Positions 22,901-34,487 of a DNA stretch of 46,440 nt are shown here, piece after piece. Origin of the DNA: Elsinoe ampelina (Eukaryota); the NCBI GenBank assembly GCA_010093995.1, contig ML992504.1, positions 1,909,250-1,955,689 on the forward strand, given 5' to 3'. Position 1 is the first letter of the stretch. Every line of letters begins with the position of its first letter. Below the pieces are notes generated by a model. It made no database searches, had not been told where the DNA came from, and worked only from the letters and a program-made list of their open reading frames with translations. The translations under genes were made by a program, and so were the position numbers.

Positions 22901-24591
22901 GAAGAGCAGTTCAGAGGGACGTTCACGGGAGAGCCAAAGGCATACAAGTACCCCTGAGTCGTTCCGATATATGCACGACCATCGCCGAATACTGGGCGAG
23001 AGAACTTGGTGACGCCAGGAATGTTAAAGCCCTTCAGCTGTCTGAGCTCTGAGCTACCAGCAGGTGGGATGGCATCATAGATCCTGAGGTTCTGGCCTTC
23101 GACGTCTGTGGTCCAAAGAAGACCAGTACCCTCCCTGCCCTTGAGAGAAGTGGTAGCACCATGTCCAACGCCAAGGATGTAGGCATTCTTGTTCGCGGTA
23201 TCTGCGACGTATGTGAATGCAGCTCTTCCAGCGGCATTGCAGCCGAATTTGAAGACGTGTGTCTTGAATTGAATGACGTTGATGTAGATGAAACCTCCAG
23301 CCAATGGCATGACTCCAGCGCCAGCATAGACCGAATTCTCGTTCTGGTAGACTTGAATGACATCGTCGAGCTTGTTTGCACCCATTTGATAGCCTCCGAG
23401 ATTGTCTAGATTGAGCCAGTATGTCTTACCAGATTTGCCGGTCACCACTCCTATACGACGATCATTCGGACAGGAGAAGACGTCTGACGGCAAGATCTGC
23501 AGTGGCGACGTGCCTAGATCCTTGTCAGCACCATCAAGCTGAGTCTTTTCCCAAGGCATGAAGAAATCGACGGGTTGTATCGTGCCGTTATCTGCTATCT
23601 TCATGTTGACTGCAGCCTCTTCGAGGGAAGTCGGTGGATTGCGGCCCTGAACAGAACGACCGGTCGCGGGTAGTTGAGAAGCATAGCCATTGCCGGTGGA
23701 AAAGTACATGCTTCCCTTGCCGTCGTATGCAAGACCACCGCCACTCATCCAGATGCCGGCGCCCTCTACGGTGATGGGCTCAGGTCCACCCTGCATGGCG
23801 TACGCTTCGATGACGGCACCAGTGGTCCTGTGGAAGCCGATGATGGCGCCAGTGAAGTTGTACTTGACGCAGTGAGAGGCCCAACCGGTGTAGATGTAGT
23901 CGCCGACCTGTAGCAGACCTGGCCGTTGGTGGGTGTCACCCCCAATAAACATGCGGCGCTGGTTGTTGCGGAAGATGGTTCCGTCGATGAGGGTTGGAAA
24001 GTTGGCGGCCTCGGTCAAATCGTTTGTGTTGATGGCATGGAAGTAGTAGCGTCCATTCCGGCGACCAGGGGTAGCTGTTGGGCTGAATTTGCCATCCTGG
24101 AATTGTGGTGCGTACGTCTTTGCAGTGAAGTACCAGAGTCCGGTAGCAGGATCAATGACACCAGTGCCAGTGACACCAATCGTTGGGCTGATATCAACGC
24201 AGCCATCAAGATCTGCAGTCAAGAAAGGAACATGAAGATTTCGGCTGGCGACAATATCTCCAGTCTTTGCATTGATCTTGTAGATATTGTTCTGGGTGGT
24301 GGCGACGAAGACATATTGAATGCCGTCGGCCAGGGTGTATACCAGTGGCTGCGAGAAGATCTGCTCTGCACCCATGTTGTTGAAATTACCAGGTAGTTTC
24401 GACCTCCAGATCTGGCCAAAGTCTGCACTGCTGACGACGGCGGGATCCATGTTGTGATTCGTCTCGTAACCAGTTCTTGAGTTGTCGCCGCCCCAGGTTA
24501 TCGTATCTGTGTCGGCGAGAGCTTGGGAGAGTTGAACGAATGTGAGCAATACAGAGCATACTAACAACAGGGTAGCACGTAAGGAAGCCAT
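19939..24591 (-). CDS. Large secreted protein: PQQ-type beta-propeller-like domain, about three Ig-like domains, four WSC domains and Thr-rich linkers (1550 aa, single ORF)
   Basis: ATG at 24591 opens the signal peptide MASLRATLLLVCSVLLTFVQLSQALA. Four YxGC(Y/W)..C(W/Y/F)(C/M)G..C..C..CG WSC repeats. Beta-rich modules with xNxGxxxLx(I/M) patterns. Propeller call rests on pattern recognition. Confidence 0.88.
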   Translation of the reverse strand: MASLRATLLLVCSVLLTFVQLSQALADTDTITWGGDNSRTGYETNHNMDPAVVSSADFGQIWRSKLPGNFNNMGAEQIFSQPLVYTLADGIQYVFVATTQNNIYKINAKTGDIVASRNLHVPFLTADLDGCVDISPTIGVTGTGVIDPATGLWYFTAKTYAPQFQDGKFSPTATPGRRNGRYYFHAINTNDLTEAANFPTLIDGTIFRNNQRRMFIGGDTHQRPGLLQVGDYIYTGWASHCVKYNFTGAIIGFHRTTGAVIEAYAMQGGPEPITVEGAGIWMSGGGLAYDGKGSMYFSTGNGYASQLPATGRSVQGRNPPTSLEEAAVNMKIADNGTIQPVDFFMPWEKTQLDGADKDLGTSPLQILPSDVFSCPNDRRIGVVTGKSGKTYWLNLDNLGGYQMGANKLDDVIQVYQNENSVYAGAGVMPLAGGFIYINVIQFKTHVFKFGCNAAGRAAFTYVADTANKNAYILGVGHGATTSLKGREGTGLLWTTDVEGQNLRIYDAIPPAGSSELRQLKGFNIPGVTKFSRPVFGDGRAYIGTTQGYLYAFGSPVNVPLNCSSPYTFANTPIGSTSAALTVSCVANVAATITNVNLTGNANFKIASVPGLPVQLAKGATFSFQATFAPQTVGLLSSDVIITASSNVAGYSANTPVSLIGTANSAKPLLFVTPNTVSFNTIAGPGESTQTAIFANSGDSLLTLANVSYSIVSEQGPWITPNTTSDGSVQVGFFTFSSVPTTIPANSNAVVSIKYVPNQAGNHAVYIMAYSDGGNKILDVFGTAGSQPTALFEFQSVDGQSWVPYTPGQNFSFGDVIQGSTRRLTFRVTNNGSSTAAPLSMTVSKPPFGVPGIVGAANNIDLAEGEVIAAGQSKTAQVFCAVPERQVNTPSFKGYAQWTINTNDPVLGKHDFVFECNAVAQQLGPLLSNGTAKYGYVGCYKDLTPARQLADQPYGDNNNSNSRCISTCDSRGYKFAGTAYTSQCWCGNSLPLIAGSEDDCNYRCTGAQNETCGGNGVFHNQTMLSLFVETAKFDGNKISPPLTLLQTVGDYKYAGCYAENGPKSFNQKGTNTNILTAEYCKDFCKGYNLFGLQYANECYCGTTIDTSAKLVNDSDCGMTCKGNNSQYCGSGSRMQVYRLASLPSPSTTTTTSAASSTSTSLVSVDPAAPPTTSKTTTSASPTPTGPSNPPTVGFYSYQGCWTEVPGRALPQMTFANSSNTNQLCGQFCAGYTWFATQYTNECFCGNTLHKDSAPATDGRCNMGCAADQWQICGGPNGLSLYKYNETLALSSSTTFSTTTTSLTTTTTTTSATTSLMTTTATSSLTPTTAASTLTTTTTTSSSTTTSVGAPANFPTPSSSLTTTSPTTSTTSLAPTTTTTTTTTTTPSPTTTTTTTTTPAPTTTTTTTTTPPPTTTASPTTTTTTTTLRTTTSSKPNPTVVPFIYNSTMGNYTSLGCYSEKPNARALPQLYYNTSMSVPLCAQRAATLKYKYFGLEYATECWMGNVLDPAAVPLNQTKCAMLCPGDQGTYCGAGNSLQLYNLTAGVVIKSEA

Positions 24592-25971
24592 GGTCGACTG
24601 TGGTTGCCAATGGCCGTTGAGGAAAAGGGAAAGGGTCGGTTGAGGAGTAACGTGCGTTCGACTCACCTGACGGTGCTCACCTGGATATATAAGAAATGCA
24701 GCGGTCTCGATGCTCGATCACCCTGGAACGAACGACAAGCCTTGTCGGAGGATATCTCAACGGGACAGAAACTAAAAGGAGGAAGAGAGATGGACGCGAG
24801 AGGGTAGACCAAGAAAAGCCACACCATGTGAGACCGAGACAGTTTAAGGCGACTTGCCCGCCGCGCACCGGTCGGGGAACCAGAAGACGTTTCCGCCTCA
24901 CGCAGGAGGTGTCTTTTTATCCAACCCGTTTGTGACGACGCGAGACCGGTATCGAGGCACCCCGAGTCGTGCCATACTAGTTTGTGCCGTCTGCAACGCG
25001 AGTCTGGCCGTCCAGCAGAACACCATCTGATAAACGGAATCGATAGGTGGTCTCAAGTGCGTCCTTATCGAAGAATAGTCGTGCCTGGATGGAGCAAAAG
25101 CGCCGCGATGGTGGCTGAAGCTATGCTGGAAGCGGAACACCAAGGATCGTGACAGATTACCGCATACCGTAAGAAACATGCATGGCCACCGACGCGAACT
25201 GCAGCTCGCTGGGAGGAGGAAGTCAACGACAGACGACGGACAATGTTTGGTAACGCAGTCGTTAGATGGATGACCTTGACGACCTCGTGCATGAGATATC
25301 GAAGTCTACAATCCCATCACTTTCGCCGTGGCGCTCAATCAGTCACGTCAGTGTCTATTCCCGCGTTCCATGATGCAAGGGCACGTGCGGCGAGATTAGA
25401 TGGCGTGTCGATCTGTGGATAGGGACACATCAAAGCCGCAGGACAGGCATTATTATCCGATCACAGCTTATCTGCAGGTCCTGTCTCTCAGCTTGCAGAG
25501 CTTCACAACCGCTGTGCGCACCGCTGCAGCCGCATACACGTTGTAGCGGCATCTCCAGTACAGTAGCTTACAGCTTGCAGCGCCCCTGCGGCTTATAGAC
25601 GACCGTTTCCCATCGTCTGAACCCTGCCTCCCTGCCGTCATTCCCATCCTCGCGTCTTGCAATCAGGCGCGTCCCTTCACTTCACGTCAACCTCACGTAT
25701 ACACTTTACTCCGACCACGGGTCATGACTCGGAATGCTAATCCCTGTATGTAAGGGAGAACGCATGCCCGTTTGTGACCAAACCGCCCCGGCCTCTTCCA
25801 CTACCCTTGATTATTCGTGTGCTCTCCAGACGACAGCATGCCAATGCAGGATGGACCCACTTCGTCGCAGTCGCTGCTGCTCGCCCCTTTGTGGAACTCT
25901 GTGTCAAGCACAGGATGGTCGCGCGAGACGGACCAAGTCCTTGTGGGTGTGATTGCATCGATTTTGGCCTC

Positions 25972-27208
25972 TCAAACGCTTCCAGCTCCTCCTGGCACTC
26001 GGGGGCAAGTGTCGCCATTGTCGTGAAGGTAGTCAAATGCCTGCAACACGCCAATCATGTGAGTGATGCCAGCACATATCACAGCGACATGCAGAATCTG
26101 ATGGCTGCAACCGAGTATGTCGAATCTCCTTGGCCAAACAGCCTCCGGGAACTTGAAGGCGTACGCAGAGGCTCCTGTAGTGTTGAACGCCAGCGTCGCA
26201 AAAACCCAAATGAGGCCCATACGTTTCTGTTGAATATTCCATCCATAACGGACAATCGCATGTATGATCGGTACCAGACTGGAGCAAGCGAAACCTCCGA
26301 ACGTCAAAGCCCTTAGCATTTTCAACGACGGATCTTTGAAATTCGGCTGTAACGTGAAGACCGAGGCGGCTACTGCCAGGCCTGTCTGCACGCCCCAATA
26401 GATCCATCGGAGCTTGGGGTCACAGATGAAGCCGTAATATATCAGTGGTACTGTAGCTCCCCACATCAGTAACAAGACACCTTGGAAGTCCAGCTGCATT
26501 CCGAGCTGGGTGGTCTTGCGCTCGCGATGACAGAGTAGTGTGTGAAACCTGTTTGGGCGTCAGCATGCTCAAGATAAGCAATCGTATGGCTTACACGGTT
26601 GAGAAAGCAAAGCATATCGATACACCCGCGAAGTAGATGGCGATGACCGCTTTGTCCCCAGGAGTGGCGTACGACCAACGTGGCGGTATACGCTGACTCA
26701 TCACGATGAACGGAAGGATAGCAAAAAGAGCAGAGCCGAAGACGTGTGAGAATATGTTCACTGCCGACCTTGATCAGTCCATGGACTTCCAGATCGTAGT
26801 AGTGATGGAGTACCTGTTTCATTGTGAAGGTAGATCCAGGTCGAGTAGCATTCTTTTACGGATGCTGCGGGTGGTCTGCGATGCTTCAGCCTTCCCGAGG
26901 ACATGTAGGATAGAGATGGCAGCCTACCGATAGCCACTTTGTATGTATGAATTGCCATCCCTGCACTCGTCAGTCCCTCAATTTCTGCGCCACCAGGCTG
27001 GTGTATTTACTGTTGAGATAGTGCTAAAAATGCCATCAGTAGAGACAATGGACCATGTCATTGATCACCTACGCAATTCCGACCAGTCCCATAGCCTTGA
27101 GGTGCCCATCCTTGGTGTCTTCCTTGGTGCTACTGCCTGCTGTGAATCCGCCGCGGGTTTTACCACGCGGCGGGTCATGCCAGCGGTGGTGATTGTGTTG
27201 GTAGCCAT
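25972..27208 (-). CDS. PAQR/haemolysin-III (IZH/mPR-like) membrane protein (exons 27208-27073, 27023-27011, 26960-26928, 26875-26814, 26760-26595, 26548-25972; 328 aa)
   Basis: Spliced product has the PAQR motifs YIQSGYR, YLHNETVNIFSH, STVFHTLLCH, LD, and PE..WP.RFDILGCSHQILH. Five 46-53 bp GT-AG introns keep the frame. Confidence 0.92.
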
Positions 27209-27823
27209 TGTGAAGTTGTGCTCAGAATGCCAGCAAACAGAAACGGTATAGTTAGAGCCCCCATGGCCGGCGAGTACCTTGTTTATATCATGTGGTACTG
27301 TGCGAAGACGCAGAGATGCGGCGCGGTTAATTACAGTGGTGTGACAAGGACCCCGAAGCGCCGGGGGGAATTGACCAGGCACCAGGGTCAAGTGACCGTA
27401 CTGTGGCTTCATCCCACGCTTGCAACTCATTTTCAGTCGTGTACGATCCAAATCAAACAATACCGAGCAGTCCATCATGCTTGTACTACCGGTGAGATGG
27501 ACTAAGGCGAGACCTCTTCATCGACGCTTGAGCACTCGCTGAGTGTACGTGGACAAATACAAAGTGCTCTCGGGAAGACCTCAAGTCTCAGGATGGACAC
27601 AGCGGCATGAACTGCGCCACTGGCTTGCATACTATAGAAACCACGTCTGATATTATTGGGCGATTAGTCGCCCTGTCCTTCCCCTGCTTATCGACTCTGT
27701 ACCGCTGTTGCAATCCTTCTGTAGGCTGATCAAAGAAGAAGCAGGCTATCAAGATTGATTTGACATGATTGATTTCCTTCTTTCTCTGCCTGTACCGGAA
27801 TTCCATTATTCACTCATCAAGAA

Positions 27824-29578
27824 ATGCCTTTCCCTTTGCCAGCAACCACAAATGGCACCCAATTTGTTGGATGGGTGGACAATCCTGCTGGACGAGGCAC
27901 CACGGAGCTGCTCTTGTCATGCTTGACAACGCTGACTATATGTGTTTGGAGTGCATTGCACCTGAACATCCCAGGTCAGGGCGAGAGCCAGATACAGTGG
28001 TGGACACGACACTTCCGATGGGTAATAGTAGGCGTCGTCTGTCCAGAACTGGTCCTACTGGCAGCATGGCGGCAAGCCATGTCCGCTCGCGCCACGAATT
28101 TGAAAATGCGACAACTGGGAAATGGTCATCAATCTGGCCCTGCACCCCCTGCCGCTTCGAAAGATCCCGTAAAGAAGTGTGCCTGGTCGATCATCCATAG
28201 CTATTATGCTGGGATGGGAGGCTTCGCCATAGAACTACGTCCGGACCAGAAAGATTTCCTCGAGACGCCACACACGCGTTTTACGCTTACTGCTGCCGGT
28301 GTGCTTCTTATTGCACAGTGCGGACACTTACCTGATATCGAAGCAGCGGAGATCGAGGACAAGTCCAAGGCAGACGCGCTGGCGAAGACATTGGTGCTTC
28401 TTCAGACTGGCTGGTTCATGGTCCAGTGTATAGCCAGAAGTGCAGTCGGCCTCCCGGTGACGCTTTTGGAAGTCAACACGGTCGCACATATCGTCTGTGC
28501 AGGGTTGATCTTCGCATTATGGTGGTACAAACTACGCAATGTTCAAGAGCCGACGCTCTTGAGAGGCGACTGGGTAAGTCGAACCAAGACCGCAAGGACG
28601 ACGCACCCACTGATTTAGCGCCTGACAGACACCAAACCTCTGCGCATTCATGTACATGAGCAGCCGTGTGAGCGGCCGAAGCAAAGGAGGTCTTTTCCAG
28701 GACCAGTCCGGGGTCAAGCCTGAACTCAGCAGATTCAGGTGGGAGACCGATACGCAGGAGTTTGAGGAATTGCCACCACCGTTGGTGAAGCGCCCAACTC
28801 ACCACGCTAGATACATGTTCGGCTGGCTGGCCAGGGCACTGGATCCCAGAGCCCGATTCTCGAATGGATGGTCCAATCGCTCGCCTGGGAGTAAACCAGT
28901 TGAGATGCAGCCGATGCACGACATCGAGCCTGCAATAGACAGCGNNNNNNNNNNNNNNNNNNNNNNNNNNNNNNNNNNNNNNNNNNNNNNNNNNGCACAG
29001 ATGCAGTTGTGTGCCAACGTAGGCTGCACAGAGCAGCACTGGCTGTCCGGACATATGATGCCGTGAAAGAGAGGATCCTCCGGACTGAGCCGAAATCCGA
29101 GCAAAGATCCGTCCAAGTCGAGCAGGATCAGCTGCTGGTCACCTGTATCAGCGACTGGCCAGATGATAGCCTCTTGGGAAAACCGAAGGGACAAGTCTTG
29201 GGTATGGTCTTATGGTTCGCGTCCGTGATACACGGCGCTATCCACCTCTTCGCATGGAACTACTATTTCCCCTCGAAGGCGGAAAAAGTGCTCTGGCGCT
29301 TCTCGGCTGGCTACATCACAGGATCCGGCCTGCTCTGGTTTGCTGGCAATCTGGTGGCGCATCTCGATTCTACGTGTGCGCGTTGGTATCAGCGACTGGA
29401 GAAGCTGAAGATCCCAGCATGGCAGACTGCTCTTATTGTCAGCGGGGAGATCATTTGCGGAACTGCATACGTATTCGCCAGGATGTTCTTGGTGGTTGAT
29501 GCTTTTGCCAGTTTGAGGCGGATACCGCAACAATCCTACGACACGCTCCAATGGTCCGAAGTAGTACCTCATTTCTGA
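27824..29578 (+). CDS. Uncharacterised fungal multi-pass membrane protein (intron 28574-28628; CDS spans an assembly gap)
   Basis: Motifs GW..P.GRGT..LL.SC, WSALHLNIP, HSYYAGMGGF, IEDKSKAD, LPVTLLE, HLFAWN..FPS..E..LWR and AR.FLVV..F.SLR resemble a widespread fungal family with no function known to me. The frame change across the N run is attributed to the estimated gap length. Confidence 0.82.
28945..28994. other. Assembly gap (50 N) inside the membrane-protein gene
   Basis: Run of N characters. Confidence 1.
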
Positions 29579-30489
29579 GGTTCGATATTGCCGCGGGATG
29601 GCCGAGATGTACAGACAACTACAAGTCCATGTAGCTAATTAAAAAGGTATCGTGCCAAAGGTTTCGCCAAGAGGTTCGCATTGACCACGGTGAGCCAGAT
29701 CTACGATAAGTGATGGACACATATGCTGGCCTGTTTCTCTGGACTATCGTGCTGTATCTGATTGTCGAACTTGCCTGGGAACATTATCAACCAGACTAGA
29801 CCAAACGATGTTTGGCAATGCCTGCAAACAGCGTGGACTCTCTTGCTATCTTCTGAGGCCAGGAGAAGGACGTGTAGCGGAGGCTGGGCAGCGGCGCTAC
29901 ATATTGGAAAACTTCCAAGGCCATCTTCTCGCCGACGCGCTGCAACCTCAAATGTCTTGCCAGCCTGATGGTCGATCTTGCCACGCTTGATCCAGTTCTT
30001 GCTGCCAAGCCCGCATGTCTCATCAAAGGCATGCAGCTTCGCTGCCGACGCTATTTCCCTAAGGACTGAGGTGGAGACCAACCTCGGCCGAGATGGAGAC
30101 GAATTGCATACCTCATGTAAACCTTCATGCGAGTTGCACCCTCGGACTGATCTTGCTTTCCACGTCTCGTGTGCGACCTGTCCTTAAGTAGAAGGTGTTA
30201 TCCTCACTCCGTCTGCCCTAACCCTGGTATACCTCACTCTGGAATACCAAGACCTTTGCCAAGGTGCACATTTTTCAGTCCGCTCCACCGCGAGGCGTAT
30301 GCTATTAGCATGGAACCTTGTGATAAGGACTATACGACTTTTTGTGCGGACGGAATGCTTGATTTTGTGTCAGTGAGCGTCGGCAAACTGCGGTCATGCG
30401 AAATGAGAGGTTAGTATAAAGACGTGGTAAGATTCGCCGGTTCGTGATCAACCACTGCTCACATACTCCGTTTACCCAAGGCTGCCACG

Positions 30490-32258
30490 ATGGTTCGCTC
30501 CGTCTTCTACGCAAGCGCTGTTGCGCTGCTTGCAGTCGCCATCCAAGGCAAGGAGGCTGAGCCCAATGCTGAGCTTGCGGCTTCCTACTATGATTCTGGT
30601 GTTGCTCACAACACGCTCATGCAGATGAAGATGGTAAGATACTTGACACTTCACCTGGAGACACCTCCTGATTTTTGCTAGGACTCCTGGAAGAGGGCAG
30701 AAGAAGCTGGTGTCATGGTCAGCTCTCGATATCCCGAGCTGGGCTACACAAAGTGCGTCAACGGCTTCGCAGAGGCCATCCCAGGCGATCGTAACAACAC
30801 CTTCCGATGCAACAACATCGATCTCTACCATTTCCTGTCTCACGCCGCGCTGGGCGACGACGTTGGTGAAGGCTCATCATCATGGGGCTGGACATCTGAT
30901 GATGGTCGCGAGTTTGTGGCAATTGGACAATTCAACGGAACAGCTTTTGTCGAGATTGGCGAGGACGGCCGCATGAGCTACCTCGGACGTCTTCCGAAAT
31001 ACGGGGATGCCCTTGGTAGCTTCTGGCGTGAGATTAGGACCTACAAGAGCTACATTGTGATCGGGTCCGAGGCTGTCGACCATGGTATCCAGATCTTCGA
31101 CCTCCGCAAGTTGCTCACGATTGACCCGAAGAGCCCCGTCACCTTCACAATGGCCGACATGACCGCCTGGACACGAGCTCAGCTTCCACGTGGCAGCGCA
31201 CACAACGTGGCTATCAATGAGGAACTCGGCTACTTCACTGCCGTGGGTGCACAGCCACGCACAGATCCCTTTTGCAGAAGCGGTCTTGTGTTCTACGACT
31301 TGAAGGATCCCTCCAACCCTGTTCCTCTCGGCTGTGCTGCTGGAGACGGCTACGTCCACGACACTCAATGCCTCGTGTACCGCGGACCCGACAAGCGTTA
31401 CCAAGGTCGGGACATCTGCTACGGCTACAACGAGGACACGTTGACAATCTACGATGTCACCAACAAAGCCAATGTGACTACCATCATTTCTCGCACCAGC
31501 TACGAGGGCGCTTCGTTCACTCACCAAGGCTGGGTCCTCGACGTGAACAATCAGGAGTTCTTGGTCATGGACGATGAGCTGGACGAGGTTAACGCTCGCG
31601 GTCAAGCAGCAGCCGGCTACTCAGTCACCTACATCTGGGACATCCGCGACCTTGAGGCGCCAAAGCAAACTGGATCCTACAAGTCAAAGGTCAAGGCCGT
31701 CGACCACAACCAGTACGTCATTGATGGCTTCAACTACCAGTCCAACTACTGCGCCGGTCTGCGTGTCTATGATGTTCGATCTATTCCCGAAGATCCCTCA
31801 GGCGCAGGTGTCTGTGAGGTCGCCTGGCTGGATATCTATCCCGAGGATGACTTCCTACCCGGTGGTGGCGGGCTCGAGTTCTTCGGCACATGGTCCAACT
31901 ATGCTTTCTTCAAGGTATTTCCATTGACACTAAAAAGCTCTTTGACTAACAAACACTTCAGTCAGGCTACATCTTCATCAACACCATTGAGCGCGGTGCC
32001 TTTGTCGCCAAGCTCACGGGTAAGAGCTGCCCGAAGCCCCCCGTCTGCAACGCCGACAACTGTCTGCGTGCTTTCAGAGCCAACACTATCCCTGGTAGGC
32101 TCGAGGAGTCGCAAAAGTTTTGCTCCACCTTCACCAACTACCCAATCACTGCACCTACGTCGCTGCCCAAGTATGCTGTTGATGGTTGCAAGGGTGATTC
32201 CGTGGCGAGGGCAAGCAGTGCTTGTTCCTGTCTGCCGACTGCTACGCCTGCGCCATAG
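30490..32258 (+). CDS. Secreted choice-of-anchor-B/LVIVD-like beta-propeller protein with a C-terminal Cys-rich module (exons 30490-30633, 30682-31914, 31962-32258; 557 aa)
   Basis: Signal peptide. Motifs SSWGWT..DGRE, WREI, HGIQIFDL, AHNV, GYVHDTQC..Y.GPD, HQGW, DDELDE, DHNQY, YQSNY.AGLR and GTWS.Y.FF.SG...NTIERG. Introns of 48 and 47 bp restore the frame. TATAAA at ~30415. Confidence 0.87.
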
Positions 32259-32443
32259 ACGGGGTATGGCGGTCATGGACAGATCAGAGATGTTAGAAAT
32301 GAGTAAAAGTGCGTTTCCCGCTATTGTCAAAAAAAGTCTATCTACCGTGGAAGTGAAATTCTACATCACCAAACATTATCCAACACAGCCCAACTAGCTC
32401 AACCCATTCCCGGCTATGCCCATGTCCAAAGATGGTTTCCTGC

Positions 32444-33630
32444 TTATATCTTTCCGAAACCCGCATTCTTGGTCACGGAAGCAACGACACCACTCGCCGC
32501 CGCCGCCGAAGCGATATTCTTCCCCTTGAAGTTTGCAATGAAGCTCGTGCTGGACGTGCCCGTGAAAGCGCTCGATCCACCGTATGCATTGAGCTGACAT
32601 GCCCTGCCTAGGGACGCGGTGCAGACAGCATTGGCACTCGTCGACGGGCTAGTGAAGATGTTCCCCGCGGGATTCGCCTCCATGCAAGTCTGGACGTTCT
32701 GGAACGCATTGCCCTCCACGACGATGTTGGAGCCGGCGCCGACCTCGAAGGCGTGTCCTGCGCTGGTGTGGAAGTAGTTGTTCACGACGTGGAGGAGGGT
32801 GCTGCCTGCCACCTTTGGGGCACGGCCGGAGATGTGGTGGATCAGGTTACCCTTGAGGGTGATCATGTCGTTGGAGCCGGTGAAGTACATGCCCCAGTAG
32901 TGTTGACCGTTGCAGGTGGCGGAGTATGGGGTCGAGCCGTCGATTTCCGAGTTGGAGATTGTGACGCGGTTAGAGGCTTTGTAGCCGAGGACAATGTGTT
33001 GACGGGCAATGAGGGAGGTCTGTAGCTGGTTAGTGGTGTGCTAGTCTAAGCGAATGCTCAAACTACCTTGACATGGTCAATCCAGACGAGATCAGCGCCG
33101 TTGAGCGTGATGGCATCACCACCCCAGACGGCATGAGGGTTCAGATTGGTAATGTGGATGTTCTGGATGATGACATTGGTCGCGCCGCTCGCGAGACTGA
33201 GACCCTTGCCCTTGATGACACCGCTGCTGCCGACACCAATGATGGTCTTTTTCGACGCCACGGTCAGAGGAGTGAGGCCAGCATTGTCGTATGTGACCGA
33301 CACCTTTGGTGCATTTGGCTGATAGTTGTCGCACCACTTGTCCTTGTTGATGGCTACCTGACAGCCAGATTTTGTGCCGAAGGGAGCGCATCCAGTGCCA
33401 GCGGTCTTACCTTCTGTACCGGTGAAATCGAAGGTCTTGGTGAGAACGATAGTCCGAGCCGTCGCATCCTTGAGGTAGGACGCGAGCTGAGCATTTGTAG
33501 TTGGGGTGACAACAGAAGCGGACCCGCCGCCAACAACACCCTTCGCAAAGCCCTCAGCAGCTCCGACGACAGCTAGGGCAGAGACAGAAGAGAAGGAAGC
33601 CGCTAGGGCTGGGAAAAGGTTCAGCTTCAT
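32444..33630 (-). CDS. Secreted pectin lyase, polysaccharide lyase family 1 (exons 33630-33067, 33019-32444; 379 aa)
   Basis: Signal peptide. Motifs [41 protein letters not shown] and SGRAPKV. 47-bp intron at 33020-33066. Confidence 0.95.
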
Positions 33631-34487
33631 GACGAGGGCTGAATATCAAGCAAGTGGTTGCAAAAGAGTGACTATGAACGAAAGACTTTGGGTGAGCAAC
33701 AGTCGAACATGAACAGTACCTACGAGCAGTATTTGATCCTGGCCTGAGCGGAGCATTCTTTGCGAGTGGACCCGGGAGAAAATGAGGATATGGCAGTGGC
33801 GTCGCCGGAACACAGACAAGAGCATGTCGCAGAAGATAAGCATACCCACCAGGCAGAGAAGCTTCGCACTTTGTGGATCTCCCACAAGATGAGGCCATCC
33901 GGTCGCCAGTAGTGTGACCGCGTGGAAGTGCATGACACGTGAAGTGACATGGTCGTGGGATGGCCGCGTGTGTGTGAAAGTCAAAATGTATGGCCCGAGA
34001 AGCTGAAACATGATGTTTCTCGAAACGAGATGAGGAAAGAGCCCTATTTGTCTCTAGGGGTTCTGGAATTTGCGATCAGTCAGCGTTGGAATTGACTTTG
34101 CCGACATCGGCGAGATGGCCGCCGGTCATTTACCGCGCGTCTAGCTGATTAGATTTCAAATACTTTGTCGTCACGACCGGCGATTAGCCGAGGTCCGCCA
34201 TGATATTACTTTTAGTGGACTGAGAATCTACTCACCCCGAGGTCCTGACCACTGATATTCCAGTCTCTGGTGGGACGAGATACAGACGAATATGACAACA
34301 ATAGAACCCATGACCTCACATATCAATCACTGGACGGTAAAGGAAGATTGAGTAAAAGACTTTTAGTCCTTGACAGTGTGTGTGCGAATAATGTTGGAGT
34401 CGCAGGTATCATAATGAATAATCTATGCGCTACGTCCTCAACCTATGACCTTTCACCCCATGATATGAAACCGTAAATCGTGACCGT

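Noticed and set aside
28650..29578. Frameshift in the membrane-protein gene suggesting a pseudogene
   Set aside because: The frame change falls across a 50-N gap of uncertain true length.
31915..32397. Read-through C-terminus of ORF 30715-32397
   Set aside because: Artefact of the unspliced 47-bp intron; the spliced frame ends at 32258.
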